From Microgenomates group bacterium (GTDB taxonomy: Bacteria; Patescibacteriota; Microgenomatia; UBA1400; MFAQ01), in assembly GCA_049303575.1 (NCBI GenBank), contig JBAQNH010000002.1, forward strand, positions 247,932 to 311,931: a stretch of 64,000 bases of DNA, given 5' to 3'. Positions 40,158 through 49,229 of the stretch are shown here, in pieces (positions within the stretch are counted from its first letter, which is position 1; every line of letters begins with the position of its first letter). Position numbers and translations under genes: made by a program. Under the pieces are notes generated by a model. That model saw nothing but the letters and a program-made list of their open reading frames with translations, was not told the DNA's origin and ran no database searches.

Positions 40158-40740
40158 GTGCCAAGGAAACCCCGCACAAGCGAGGTCTGTGCGGGGATGA
40201 ATTGGAAAAACAGGTTACCATCGTAAGATGGTATCCTGTTGGTAGTGTGAGAAGACTGAAACTAAACCATGTTACATATCAACAGGAGTTCCATATTGTT
40301 TGGGGTACTCGATACAGAAGAAAGTTTCTTAAAAAGTACGTTAAGCCCGAGTTTGTGAGATTGTTACAGCAAGTCGAGAAGAAGTATCCTACACTCCATG
40401 TGGTTGAGGTAAATACTAATGAAGATCATGTTCACCTACAGATTGAGATACCACCGAACCTTTCTTCTGCCGTCGTGGTAAAAAGGGTGAAGTGGTATCT
40501 GAGTAAGGGGTTAAAGAAGAAATTCAAGTTCATCCGTGAGATGTATCTCGACGGCAGTATATGGAGTGTGGGTTACTTCTCTTCAACCATTGGGCTTAAC
40601 GAAGAAACCATACGAGAGTACATTGTTAAACAAGGTCAAGAAGACCTGCCGAGGGAAGAGTAGTCTTCGAACAGAATACCACCAGGAAACCCCGGACCAA
40701 TGCGAGGCAAATGCCGAGTCTGTCCGGGGAGGACGTCATT
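40150..40740 (+). mobile_element. IS200/IS605-family insertion sequence (TnpA only), bounded by subterminal hairpins
   Basis: left-end hairpin CCCCGCACA...TGTGCGGGG (40170-40196) and right-end hairpin CCCCGGAC...GTCCGGGG (40690-40729), both preceded by GGAAACC; single HUH-Y1 transposase gene between them. Confidence 0.7.
40202..40663 (+). CDS. tnpA: IS200/IS605 family transposase TnpA (HUH Y1); start uncertain
   Basis: FHIVWGTRYRRKFL motif, HVHLQIEIPP (HxH), catalytic Tyr in SVGYFSSTIG; the track start at 40016 overlaps the upstream ORF and is an artefact; candidate starts are TTG 40202 or GTG 40247. Confidence 0.75.
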   Translation: MEKQVTIVRWYPVGSVRRLKLNHVTYQQEFHIVWGTRYRRKFLKKYVKPEFVRLLQQVEKKYPTLHVVEVNTNEDHVHLQIEIPPNLSSAVVVKRVKWYLSKGLKKKFKFIREMYLDGSIWSVGYFSSTIGLNEETIREYIVKQGQEDLPREE

Positions 40741-40820
40741 TTCATGCTATTAGCTTGACAAATATACAATTATAGGATAGTGTATAGATACTTTAAAATT
40801 CTATATTCCTGGAGGTTAAT

Positions 40821-41312
40821 ATGCCCTACGTTTTTCTTAGAAACTTACCTGAACACTTTATGGGTCTAGTCAATACTCCGCGTGAAATTTTCAGTCCAGC
40901 AACATCTACCGCCGATATGTATGCGAAAATCGCGGAAGCTGCCAGTTGTGAAGTCGATGGGGTAGAAATTCACTTATCAAGTGAAACTTACACCCTTCTT
41001 AATCTGGATGGTTCAGCGCGTAAGTGTCCGAATGTTCATGGTGAAGTAGAGTGGCACGGAAGTGAAAACCGAGATCTTAAGGTAAAACAAACAATCGCCG
41101 ATGCGATTCAGCAGTTTCTGAATTTGCATCTGGCCGGTGAAGGGTTTGATCTTACTTTCCACGACTCACCTGCTGGCACGTTCTTTGTTGAAAAGGGCGG
41201 CAAATCAGTTTTGATCCAAGGAGGGGAAGCCATTCCTCCAAACAAGGTTCTCGCTCAAGTTGCCTACGAAGTCCTGGGGCACGAAACCCCAGGTGTAATA
41301 ACCAACGACTAA
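40821..41312 (+). CDS. hypothetical protein (163 aa), island ORF 3
   Basis: TTGACA-like and TATAAT-like promoter elements upstream, RBS GGAGG, followed by terminator repeat copy 3. Confidence 0.5.
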   Translation: MPYVFLRNLPEHFMGLVNTPREIFSPATSTADMYAKIAEAASCEVDGVEIHLSSETYTLLNLDGSARKCPNVHGEVEWHGSENRDLKVKQTIADAIQQFLNLHLAGEGFDLTFHDSPAGTFFVEKGGKSVLIQGGEAIPPNKVLAQVAYEVLGHETPGVITND

Positions 41313-41320
41313 CCAAGATG

Positions 41321-41346
41321 TTCTAACTAACCACCCCACCCGGGGT
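41321..41346 (+). terminator. repeated terminator hairpin, copy 3
   Basis: ACCACCCCACCCGGGGTGG + T5, then TGTAAAAT -10-like box ahead of secY. Confidence 0.65.
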
Positions 41347-41414
41347 GGTTTTTCTTTGGTGTAAAATACCTTCTGACTCACCCAAGTTTCAAGCCAACTG
41401 TTAAAATAAAAACA

Positions 41415-42701
41415 ATGAATAATTTATTAGCCCCCCTGCGTGCCTTACTGAAGATTCCCGAACTTCGTCGTCGTTTAGTCTTCACCGCCATCGTTATTGC
41501 CATTTTCCGACTCGTTGCTCATGTCCCCGCCCCGGGCATTAATCTGGCTGCTCTTAAAGAAATGTTCAACTCGTCTGCCTTTTTATCTCTTCTCGACGTC
41601 TTTTCTGGCGGTACTCTCGGGAACTTCTCTATTATGGCTCTTGGTCTTAACCCTTACATCAACGCCTCTATTATTTTCCAAATGCTCGGCATGGTCATTC
41701 CCAAGCTTGAAGCACTTCAAAAGGAAGGGGACTACGGTCGTCAAAAAATTAATCAATACACTCGTCTCCTCACCATTCCTCTCTGTTTTCTTCAAGGCAT
41801 CGCTCTAATTTTTCTTCTCCAAAAACAAGGTCTTACTACTACGGCCGATCCACTTCAGCTTGCTTCTGTTGTCTTTACTCTCGCCGCCGGCACCTCTCTT
41901 CTCATCTGGCTTGGAGAGCAACTAAACGACTACGGCCTGGGAAATGGTATCAGTCTTATCATTTTTGTTGGCATCGTTACTCGTATTCCCATAAGTCTGA
42001 TGCAGACTATCTCCACTATTGACCAAACAAGGATATTTACCTACCTTATCTTTCTTATCTTCGTCATCGCCGCCATCTATGCCATCGTGCGGACAGGTGA
42101 AGCTGTTCGTGAAATTCCCATTCAGTCTGCTCGTCGTGGCGGGGGGGCCTCTTACGGCGCCGTCGCCAGTAGCCATCTTCCCCTCCGTTTAAACCAGGCT
42201 GGTGTTATCCCAATTATCTTTGCCGTGTCCTTTATGCTCATTCCTGGGATGCTCAGTCAAATTTTGGGTCGCGTTAATCAACCGGCACTTGCTAGCTTTG
42301 CTACTACCTTGAGTATTTTGTTATCTCCGAGCTCTGTTCTTTATAATGTCCTCTACTTTGTTTTGGTGGTCGCTTTTACCTACTTTTATACCGCCGTTGT
42401 TTTCAATCCCGAAAAAATTGCCAAAGATCTTCGCTCCTCTGGATCATTCATTCCTGGTATAAGACCCGGTCCTGACACCGTTAATTATCTAAATTTTATC
42501 CTCGGTCGTATCACTCTGGTCGGAGCCAGTTTCCTTGGTCTTGTCGCCGTTCTTCCTTCAATTATGTCCGGTTTTACCGGTATTTCCTCACTAGCTATTG
42601 GTGGTACCAGTGTTCTTATCGTCGTCTCGGTTGTTCTCGAGATCTTGAAGACCATCAACTCCCAGCTCTATATGCACAGTTACGACAAATTCCTGGATTA
42701 G
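41415..42701 (+). CDS. secY: preprotein translocase subunit SecY
   Basis: 428 aa, 10 TM helices, SecY signature regions. Confidence 0.95.
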   Translation: MNNLLAPLRALLKIPELRRRLVFTAIVIAIFRLVAHVPAPGINLAALKEMFNSSAFLSLLDVFSGGTLGNFSIMALGLNPYINASIIFQMLGMVIPKLEALQKEGDYGRQKINQYTRLLTIPLCFLQGIALIFLLQKQGLTTTADPLQLASVVFTLAAGTSLLIWLGEQLNDYGLGNGISLIIFVGIVTRIPISLMQTISTIDQTRIFTYLIFLIFVIAAIYAIVRTGEAVREIPIQSARRGGGASYGAVASSHLPLRLNQAGVIPIIFAVSFMLIPGMLSQILGRVNQPALASFATTLSILLSPSSVLYNVLYFVLVVAFTYFYTAVVFNPEKIAKDLRSSGSFIPGIRPGPDTVNYLNFILGRITLVGASFLGLVAVLPSIMSGFTGISSLAIGGTSVLIVVSVVLEILKTINSQLYMHSYDKFLD

Positions 42702-42702
42702 T

Positions 42703-43269
42703 ATGAATTTAATTATTTTAGGTCCCCAAGGGTCGGGAAAAGGCACTCAAGCAAAACTCCTGGCGGAAAAATTTGGTCTCAAGCATATCTCTACTGGTGA
42801 ACTTCTTCGCGCCGAAGCCGAAAGTGGCACGGAAAAAGGCAAAATCATTAGTAAAATTCTCGAAAGTGGAGAACTAATCCCTTTTGAAACCGTCACTCAA
42901 GTTCTCGAACCAGCACTCCTTTCCGCCAAGTCCGGCTTCATTCTTGATGGCACTCCTCGCGATATCAAACAGCTTGAGTATCTCGACTGGCTATTGAAAG
43001 AAAAAGGTCTTAACCTCGACAAGATAATTTTGTTGGACATTCCCCGCGAAATAAGTCTTTCTCGATTATCCAAGAGAGCCGAGATCGAACATCGTTCCGA
43101 CGATACCCCCGAAGTTATCAACGCCAGGCTCGATATTTACGAAAAAAACACTCTTCCCGTTGTCGAAACTTATCGTGAGCAAGGAAAACTCCTCGTTATC
43201 GACGGTACCCCGGACATACAAACCATCTTCGAAAGCTTAGTTACCAAACTAGAACCACTCGCCAAATGA
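42703..43269 (+). CDS. adk: adenylate kinase (short LID, no zinc)
   Basis: ILGPQGSGKGTQA P-loop. Confidence 0.93.
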   Translation: MNLIILGPQGSGKGTQAKLLAEKFGLKHISTGELLRAEAESGTEKGKIISKILESGELIPFETVTQVLEPALLSAKSGFILDGTPRDIKQLEYLDWLLKEKGLNLDKIILLDIPREISLSRLSKRAEIEHRSDDTPEVINARLDIYEKNTLPVVETYREQGKLLVIDGTPDIQTIFESLVTKLEPLAK

Positions 43270-44012
43270 CCAAACTCGAAATCATGACCGAAGGGGGTGC
43301 CCGTTTGGGTTGGATCAAAGGCCAACTAATAAACTCCGTTCAAGCCGGCGTTACCCCTCTCGAAATAGAAGCCTTGGCAGACAAATTAATTAAAGAAGGT
43401 GGAGACAAAGCTTCATTCAAGATGGAGCCGGGCTATCGCCATGCCACCTGCATCAACATCAATGAAGGTATGGTTCACGGCGTTCCCAACGCCATCCCTT
43501 TCAAACCGGGAGACGTTGTCAAAATCGACATGGGCCTTTTTCATCATGGTTATCATCTCGATACCGCCGTTACCGTACAAATTCCTCCCCTTAACGAAAA
43601 GATTTCCCAGTTTCTGGAAATCGGTCAAAAAGCTCTCCAAGCCTCCATCGCCATTGCCCTTCCAGGAAACTCGGTTTTTGATATCGGGCAGACTATGCAG
43701 CAAATCATTGAAGGAGCCGGATTTAACGTAGTTAGAGACCTCACAGGCCACGGAATTGGCCGTAAACTGCACATGGATCCCTATATTCCTTGCTTTGGAG
43801 ACAAGCAAAACAAGAAGGATATCCTTTTCGTCGACCAAACTATAGCCGTCGAGGCTATGTATACGATGGGAGATTGGCATCTCGTCGAAGATCCCGATGG
43901 CTGGACACTGTCCACCCAAGACCACTCGATTACAGGCTATTTTGAAGAAACTGTCTACCTTACCTCAGACGGTCCTATCGTGCTTACAAAACTAAAAGAC
44001 ACGCTTGACTAG
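43266..44012 (+). CDS. map: methionine aminopeptidase type I
   Basis: 248 aa pita-bread fold motifs; conserved position after adk. Confidence 0.9.
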   Translation: MTKLEIMTEGGARLGWIKGQLINSVQAGVTPLEIEALADKLIKEGGDKASFKMEPGYRHATCININEGMVHGVPNAIPFKPGDVVKIDMGLFHHGYHLDTAVTVQIPPLNEKISQFLEIGQKALQASIAIALPGNSVFDIGQTMQQIIEGAGFNVVRDLTGHGIGRKLHMDPYIPCFGDKQNKKDILFVDQTIAVEAMYTMGDWHLVEDPDGWTLSTQDHSITGYFEETVYLTSDGPIVLTKLKDTLD

Positions 44013-44058
44013 CGCTTTTTATTATTATCTGTTAAAATAACGCTCGTACAACTTAAAT

Positions 44059-44277
44059 ATGGCTAAAAACCAGATGACTGAGGTAAACGGAGTCGTTTCC
44101 GAGGCTTTACCCAATACACAATTTCGGGTAACTCTCGAAGACGGCAGAGAAATCTTGGCTCATCTTGCAGGTAAAATGCGACTATATCGCATCCGCGTGA
44201 TGCCCGGTGACAAAGTCAAGCTCGAAATGAGCCCCTACGACACCGACAAAGGCAGAATCACTTACAGGCAAGGTTGA
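44059..44277 (+). CDS. infA: translation initiation factor IF-1
   Basis: 72 aa S1-like OB fold. Confidence 0.95.
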   Translation: MAKNQMTEVNGVVSEALPNTQFRVTLEDGREILAHLAGKMRLYRIRVMPGDKVKLEMSPYDTDKGRITYRQG

Positions 44278-44341
44278 TCCTTTTCGACTCCCCGTTTGCT
44301 TTATAATACAAAAATATTTATTAACTAAAAACTAAACACGC

Positions 44342-44455
44342 ATGCGCGTTCAATCGTCAGTCAGACCCAGATGCAAAAACTGCAAAATTATTAAACGCCA
44401 CGGTAAGGTGTTCATTATTTGCACCACCCCACGCCATAAACAGCGTCAGGGATAA
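44342..44455 (+). CDS. rpmJ: 50S ribosomal protein L36 (zinc ribbon)
   Basis: [37 protein letters not shown]; below the ORF-track size cutoff. Confidence 0.85.
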   Translation: MRVQSSVRPRCKNCKIIKRHGKVFIICTTPRHKQRQG

Positions 44456-44471
44456 TTAAACATATAAAAAC

Positions 44472-44876
44472 ATGCCTAGAATAGCCGGTATCGACATCCC
44501 AAACGAAAAAAGAATTGACATCGCTCTAACATATATCTTTGGAATTGGTGACAAAGTCGCCAAAGACATTCTTAAGATAGCTAAAGTTGAACCAAATATT
44601 CGTACCAAAAACCTGACCTCAGACGAGTTCAAAGCCATCCAAGCCGCCATCGAGACTCTTCCCACGGAAGGTGAACTCAGAAAAATTAATCGCGATAATA
44701 TTGAAACTTTAAAAAGAATTCAATCCTACCGCGGCTCCCGTCACTCCATGGGGCTCCCCGTTCGTGGCCAAAGAACCCGTACCAACGCTCGTACTCGTAA
44801 GGGAAAGAGAAAGACCATCGGTGCAATCTCCAAAGAAGCCGCTACCCAAACAGAAACTCCAGCCGTAAAAAAATAA
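44472..44876 (+). CDS. rpsM: 30S ribosomal protein S13
   Basis: MPRIAGIDIPNEKRIDIALTYIFGIG. Confidence 0.95.
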   Translation: MPRIAGIDIPNEKRIDIALTYIFGIGDKVAKDILKIAKVEPNIRTKNLTSDEFKAIQAAIETLPTEGELRKINRDNIETLKRIQSYRGSRHSMGLPVRGQRTRTNARTRKGKRKTIGAISKEAATQTETPAVKK

Positions 44877-44885
44877 TCTAACAAA

Positions 44886-45335
44886 ATGCCAGAAACAAAA
44901 CCAGAAATCACTACTCCCGAAACAGTCGCTCCGGTGACCTCACCTAAAATAGCTACTAAAGGGAAAAAAGCTTCAGCCGTTCACTTCAAAGGCGGTCAGG
45001 GAAAGATGTACGTCAAGTCTACTTTCAATACTACCTATGTTTCCTTCACCAACATGAACGGTGATGTTATTTGTTGGAGTGCTGCCGGTACCTGCGGATT
45101 CAAAGGTGCTAAGCGCTCTACTCCTTTCGCTGCGACCACCATTATTGAAGAAGGTACCAGAAAAGCCAAATCCCTAGGACTTACCGCCGTTGAAGTTTTT
45201 CTCAAAGGACCTGGTCCTGGGAAAGACGCCGCCCTTCGTGTGTTAAAAACCTCTGGAGTTGAAATCAACTTACTCGCCGACACTACCCCTATTCCTCACA
45301 ATGGTTGCCGCCCTAAGAAAACTAGAAGAGTCTAA
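44886..45335 (+). CDS. rpsK: 30S ribosomal protein S11
   Basis: 149 aa S11 family with N-terminal extension. Confidence 0.93.
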   Translation: MPETKPEITTPETVAPVTSPKIATKGKKASAVHFKGGQGKMYVKSTFNTTYVSFTNMNGDVICWSAAGTCGFKGAKRSTPFAATTIIEEGTRKAKSLGLTAVEVFLKGPGPGKDAALRVLKTSGVEINLLADTTPIPHNGCRPKKTRRV

Positions 45336-45357
45336 TAAATAAACAAGAAAACACAAC

Positions 45358-45981
45358 ATGGCTAAATACATCGACCCCAAATGCAGACTCTGTCGCCGCG
45401 AAGGCGTCAAGCTCTATCTCAAAGGAGAACGCTGTTTCTCCCCTAAATGTCCTATCGAAAAAACTGGTGCCCAGATTCCTGGTCAGCACGGAAAAAAGAG
45501 ATCTCATGGTCGTATCTCTGGTTATGGCATTCAGCTTCGCGAGAAGCAAAAAGCCAAGCGTTCATACGGTATTCTTGAAAATCAATTCCACGGCTACTAC
45601 GAAACTGCCATGAAATCATCTCAAAACACCGGTGAGGTTCTCATGCAACTTCTTGAATCTCGTCTAGACAACATTGTCTTCCGCTTGGGATTTGTTACTT
45701 CCAGATCTTTAGCTCGCCAACTAGTCACCCACGGCAATATCTCTGTTGATGGTAAAAAAGTCGACATCGCTTCCTACATCACCAAACCTGGTCAAACAGT
45801 TTCTCTTACCGAGAAAGCTACCAAATTTATTTTCGTCGCCCCTAACTTGACCGAAAAGAACGTCCCCGCCAAATGGCTATCCAAAAAAGATGCCGAAGGA
45901 AAAATCGATCGTCTTCCTACTCGTGAAGAAATCGGTAGTGACATTAAAGAAAATCTTATTATCGAGTACTACTCAAGGTAA
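45358..45981 (+). CDS. rpsD: 30S ribosomal protein S4
   Basis: N-terminal zinc-ribbon-like CRLCRREG...CFSPKCP, S4 domain. Confidence 0.95.
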   Translation: MAKYIDPKCRLCRREGVKLYLKGERCFSPKCPIEKTGAQIPGQHGKKRSHGRISGYGIQLREKQKAKRSYGILENQFHGYYETAMKSSQNTGEVLMQLLESRLDNIVFRLGFVTSRSLARQLVTHGNISVDGKKVDIASYITKPGQTVSLTEKATKFIFVAPNLTEKNVPAKWLSKKDAEGKIDRLPTREEIGSDIKENLIIEYYSR

Positions 45982-46009
45982 TTAATTTAGTAATTAAAAA
46001 ACAAAGAAA

Positions 46010-46912
46010 ATGTTAGAACCAAATTTCAAAGTTTCCGTCAAGAATATCGCTGTTAACTCCGCTGAAGTCATTATCGAACCACTTCCTCAGAATTTTGGAC
46101 ACACTCTTGGCAATGCGCTTCGTCGTGTTTTATTAACCTCCCTTGAAGGTGGTGCCGCTACCCGTGTCAAAATTGATGGCGTTACTCACCAGTTCTCTAC
46201 CTTGGCCGGCATGAAGGAAGACGTTCTTGAGTTGATTCTAAATCTCAAAACCCTAAACTTTACTGTTGACTCGGATGAACCAGTTGAAATCAAACTCAAA
46301 GCTTCAGGTGCCTCCGTTGTTAAAGCTTCTGACCTTGATCTTCCCGCCAACGTTACTCTAGCTAACCCTGATGTTGTTCTTTGTCATCTAACTTCCGCCA
46401 AAGCTAAGCTTTCGGCTACTGTTACCGTCGCCAAAGGAATGGGCTATATCTCTGCCGAGGAAAATGCTACCGATGAAATAGGTGTTATTCCTCTAGACTC
46501 TTCTTTCTCACCTGTCATCAAAGCCAACTACACCATCGAAGCCGCTCGTGTCGGACGATCCAGTAACTACGACAAAGTTCGTTTAGTCGTCACCACCAAC
46601 GGAACCACTTCTCCTGAAGAGGCCGTTAAGAGTGCCGCTCGTATCACTACCGGATTCTTTGACTACGTTAACTCCGCCGAAGCCTACATTCAGGAAGTAA
46701 AATCCAAGTCTGTCATCGAAACCGCCGGTTTCGTCGACGATCTTGATCTTCCTACCCGCGTTCTCAATGCCTTGAAAAAAGCCGATATCAACAAGTTATC
46801 AGATCTTAAAGCTCTTACCCTCGCTGACCTTAAAAAAGTCAAAAACCTTGGCGAAAAATCTGCCATGCAGGTTATCGAAAAAGCAGGCGAGAAGGGCATT
46901 ACTATTGAATAA
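46010..46912 (+). CDS. rpoA: DNA-directed RNA polymerase alpha subunit
   Basis: 300 aa; NTD and HhH-containing CTD. Confidence 0.93.
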   Translation: MLEPNFKVSVKNIAVNSAEVIIEPLPQNFGHTLGNALRRVLLTSLEGGAATRVKIDGVTHQFSTLAGMKEDVLELILNLKTLNFTVDSDEPVEIKLKASGASVVKASDLDLPANVTLANPDVVLCHLTSAKAKLSATVTVAKGMGYISAEENATDEIGVIPLDSSFSPVIKANYTIEAARVGRSSNYDKVRLVVTTNGTTSPEEAVKSAARITTGFFDYVNSAEAYIQEVKSKSVIETAGFVDDLDLPTRVLNALKKADINKLSDLKALTLADLKKVKNLGEKSAMQVIEKAGEKGITIE

Positions 46913-46914
46913 AT

Positions 46915-47352
46915 ATGGGACGACGTCATCAATCAAAACTTCCAAAGCTCAACCGCGACTCAAACTCGCGTAAATCCTTATTTAGGGTTCAGTTAAAGTC
47001 ACTCATTGAGTATGGCAAGCTTACTACTACCGTATCCAAGGCTAAAATAATCAAACGTTTGTTTGACAAGCTTGCAGCCAAGGCCACCGAAGGCACCCTA
47101 GCTTCTCGTCGCAATGTTGCTGCTACTCTCGGTTCACCTAAGTCGGCTAACAGACTGGTTGACTCCATCATTCCAGTCATGGGAGGACGCAAAAGTGGTT
47201 TTACTACCATTCAAAAAGTCTCTGTCCAAAAAGGTGACGCCACTTCTATCGCTACACTTTCTCTAATGGCCATGCCTCCTGTTGTCGAGAAAAAAGTTGT
47301 CGAGAAAAAAGTCAAAGCCGCTCCCGTTAAAGAGACTAAAAAAGCCAAATAA
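46915..47352 (+). CDS. rplQ: 50S ribosomal protein L17 with Lys-rich C-terminal extension
   Basis: L17 core plus VVEKKVVEKKVKAAPVKETKKAK tail. Confidence 0.9.
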   Translation: MGRRHQSKLPKLNRDSNSRKSLFRVQLKSLIEYGKLTTTVSKAKIIKRLFDKLAAKATEGTLASRRNVAATLGSPKSANRLVDSIIPVMGGRKSGFTTIQKVSVQKGDATSIATLSLMAMPPVVEKKVVEKKVKAAPVKETKKAK

Positions 47353-47357
47353 ATCCT

Positions 47358-47792
47358 ATGAAAACAACTACTTTAAAACCAACCGACCTCAAACGAAACT
47401 GGCACTTAATTGATCTTGATGGCCAAATTTTAGGACGAGTTTCCACAGAAATAGCCAAGCTTCTCATGGGTAAAGGTAAAGCTCTTACTGGTGCTCATCT
47501 CGACAACGGCGACTACGTTGTTGCTATAAACTCCGACAAAATTAAAGTTACCGGTAAAAAACTCTCCGACAAAATCTACTACTCTCACTCTGGTTTCCCT
47601 GGTGGTCTAAAAGATATTACTCTTCAAGAGTTACTTACTAAAGACTCGCGCAAGGTCATTGAAAAATCAGTCAAAGGTATGCTTCCCAAAAACAAACATC
47701 AACAGGATAGACAACGTCGTCTCAAAATCTTCGCTGATGATAAACACCCTTACTCTCAGGAGTTGGGTCTTAACAAAAAAACCGAAAAATAA
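47358..47792 (+). CDS. rplM: 50S ribosomal protein L13
   Basis: 144 aa L13 family. Confidence 0.93.
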   Translation: MKTTTLKPTDLKRNWHLIDLDGQILGRVSTEIAKLLMGKGKALTGAHLDNGDYVVAINSDKIKVTGKKLSDKIYYSHSGFPGGLKDITLQELLTKDSRKVIEKSVKGMLPKNKHQQDRQRRLKIFADDKHPYSQELGLNKKTEK

Positions 47793-47794
47793 AT

Positions 47795-48274
47795 ATGGCA
47801 CAAAAACTAACCAAAAAATCTAAAGTCGCTGTCAAGCCGGTTAAAACCGTCCCTGTCAAAAAAGGCGTTTTGGCTATGCCTAAAGAATATTTCTCAGCTG
47901 TTGGCCGTCGTAAAACTGCCATTGCTCGAGTTCGTATCTGGCCAGGAAAACAAGAGCTCGTCATTAATGGCAAGCCCTTATCCGTCTACTTCAAAGGTGA
48001 AACCATAAAGAAAATGATTCTCTCTCCTTTTGTTGTGGCCGACGTTTCAGGTCAATACACTGGTAGTATCAAAGTCGCCGGCAGCGGCATCATGGGTCAA
48101 GCCGAAGCCATTATGCATGGCATTGGCCGCGCTCTCATGAAAGCCGACTCCGAAAAATTCAAAAAACTCATGCGCGATGGCGGTTTTCTTACTAGAGATC
48201 CACGTATGAAAGAAACCAGAAAATCCGGTCAGGGTGGTCGTGCACGTGCCAAGAAACAATCTCCAAAACGTTAA
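47795..48274 (+). CDS. rpsI: 30S ribosomal protein S9 (Lys-rich N-terminal extension, or a later start at ATG 47876)
   Basis: GRRKTAIARV... C-terminal GGRARAKKQSPKR. Confidence 0.9.
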   Translation: MAQKLTKKSKVAVKPVKTVPVKKGVLAMPKEYFSAVGRRKTAIARVRIWPGKQELVINGKPLSVYFKGETIKKMILSPFVVADVSGQYTGSIKVAGSGIMGQAEAIMHGIGRALMKADSEKFKKLMRDGGFLTRDPRMKETRKSGQGGRARAKKQSPKR

Positions 48275-48280
48275 GCAACC

Positions 48281-49228
48281 TTGCTAAACAAACATATGAA
48301 CTTCGTCATCCCGGAAACTTATTTGGGAGACGGTCGTATTTCTCTTTCTAATTTACTGGAAAAATATCGCGAACTTGAAAAATCTGGCTGGCAGATGGAT
48401 GTGGTTGCAATTCAAGAGGGTCTTCCTATCATCGCTCTCACCACTCCTTTAAAAGACAATAATCCTGTCAAATCATTATGGATCTTGGGTGGTATTCACG
48501 GTGAAGAACCCGCCGGTCCCAACGCCTTTTTTACTCGAATCGAAGTCATCAACAACTTGGCCAAAGAGGGGGTTCCTACAGTCTTTATTCCATTACTTAA
48601 CCCCCTTGGTTACTCCAAGGACTGGCGTTATGAAAATGAAAAACGGGATTTTCGTTTAGGTCACAGTGTCACAGATGCCGAACACCTCTTACTAAACTCA
48701 AAAGGAAATCCGAGAATAGACTCACCCAATAGCCAAACCGCCAAACAAATCCTTAACTGGGTAACCAAAACAATGCTTCAATATCAGCCGGAACTGGTTT
48801 TTGATCATCATGAAGACGTTGTCGACGAAATCTATCCCCCAGGCGACTCCCGGAATCTAACTTCTTGTTATGTCTATCTTTCAGGAAATGATAATAATGG
48901 CATTGATATCGCCAAAAGTATCGACCAAATCTTCAAAGATACTTCGCTTCCTGTTGTCGACAACGGCACCACCAGATTTGGTGAGAAGATTCAAGATGGT
49001 ATTGTCCCCAACACTCAAGACGGCTCAATCGACGAATTTTTTGTCTCGGAAAAATATTTCGATATCAATACTCAAAAAATTGTAACCAAGCGTCCGACAC
49101 CGGTAGTATTAGTTGTGGAAACCACCGTTCCTTTTGATAACCCGATTCCTCTTGCTAAAAGACAAACAGCTCACGAAAAAATCATCAACGCCTACAGTGA
49201 TTTTTGGAAAAAGATTATATTAGACTAA
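48281..49228 (+). CDS. M14-like zinc carboxypeptidase / succinylglutamate desuccinylase-aspartoacylase family protein
   Basis: GGIHGEE zinc-binding motif early in the sequence; 315 aa. Confidence 0.45.
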   Translation: MLNKHMNFVIPETYLGDGRISLSNLLEKYRELEKSGWQMDVVAIQEGLPIIALTTPLKDNNPVKSLWILGGIHGEEPAGPNAFFTRIEVINNLAKEGVPTVFIPLLNPLGYSKDWRYENEKRDFRLGHSVTDAEHLLLNSKGNPRIDSPNSQTAKQILNWVTKTMLQYQPELVFDHHEDVVDEIYPPGDSRNLTSCYVYLSGNDNNGIDIAKSIDQIFKDTSLPVVDNGTTRFGEKIQDGIVPNTQDGSIDEFFVSEKYFDINTQKIVTKRPTPVVLVVETTVPFDNPIPLAKRQTAHEKIINAYSDFWKKIILD

Positions 49229-49229
49229 T

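Noticed and set aside
40016-40246. Track ORF start at 40016 for the transposase, overlapping island ORF 2 by ~110 nt
   Set aside because: This is a longest-ORF artefact. The IS200 TnpA core begins near FHIVWG, the region upstream overlaps the left-end hairpin and the preceding gene's terminator, and the likely start is TTG 40202 or GTG 40247.
40150-40740. Possible tnpB, iscB or OMEGA-type cargo associated with the IS200/IS605 element
   Set aside because: No ORF of the required size (~350-450 aa) lies within or next to the element. Flanking ORFs are 125-169 aa with their own promoters and no RuvC-like motifs.
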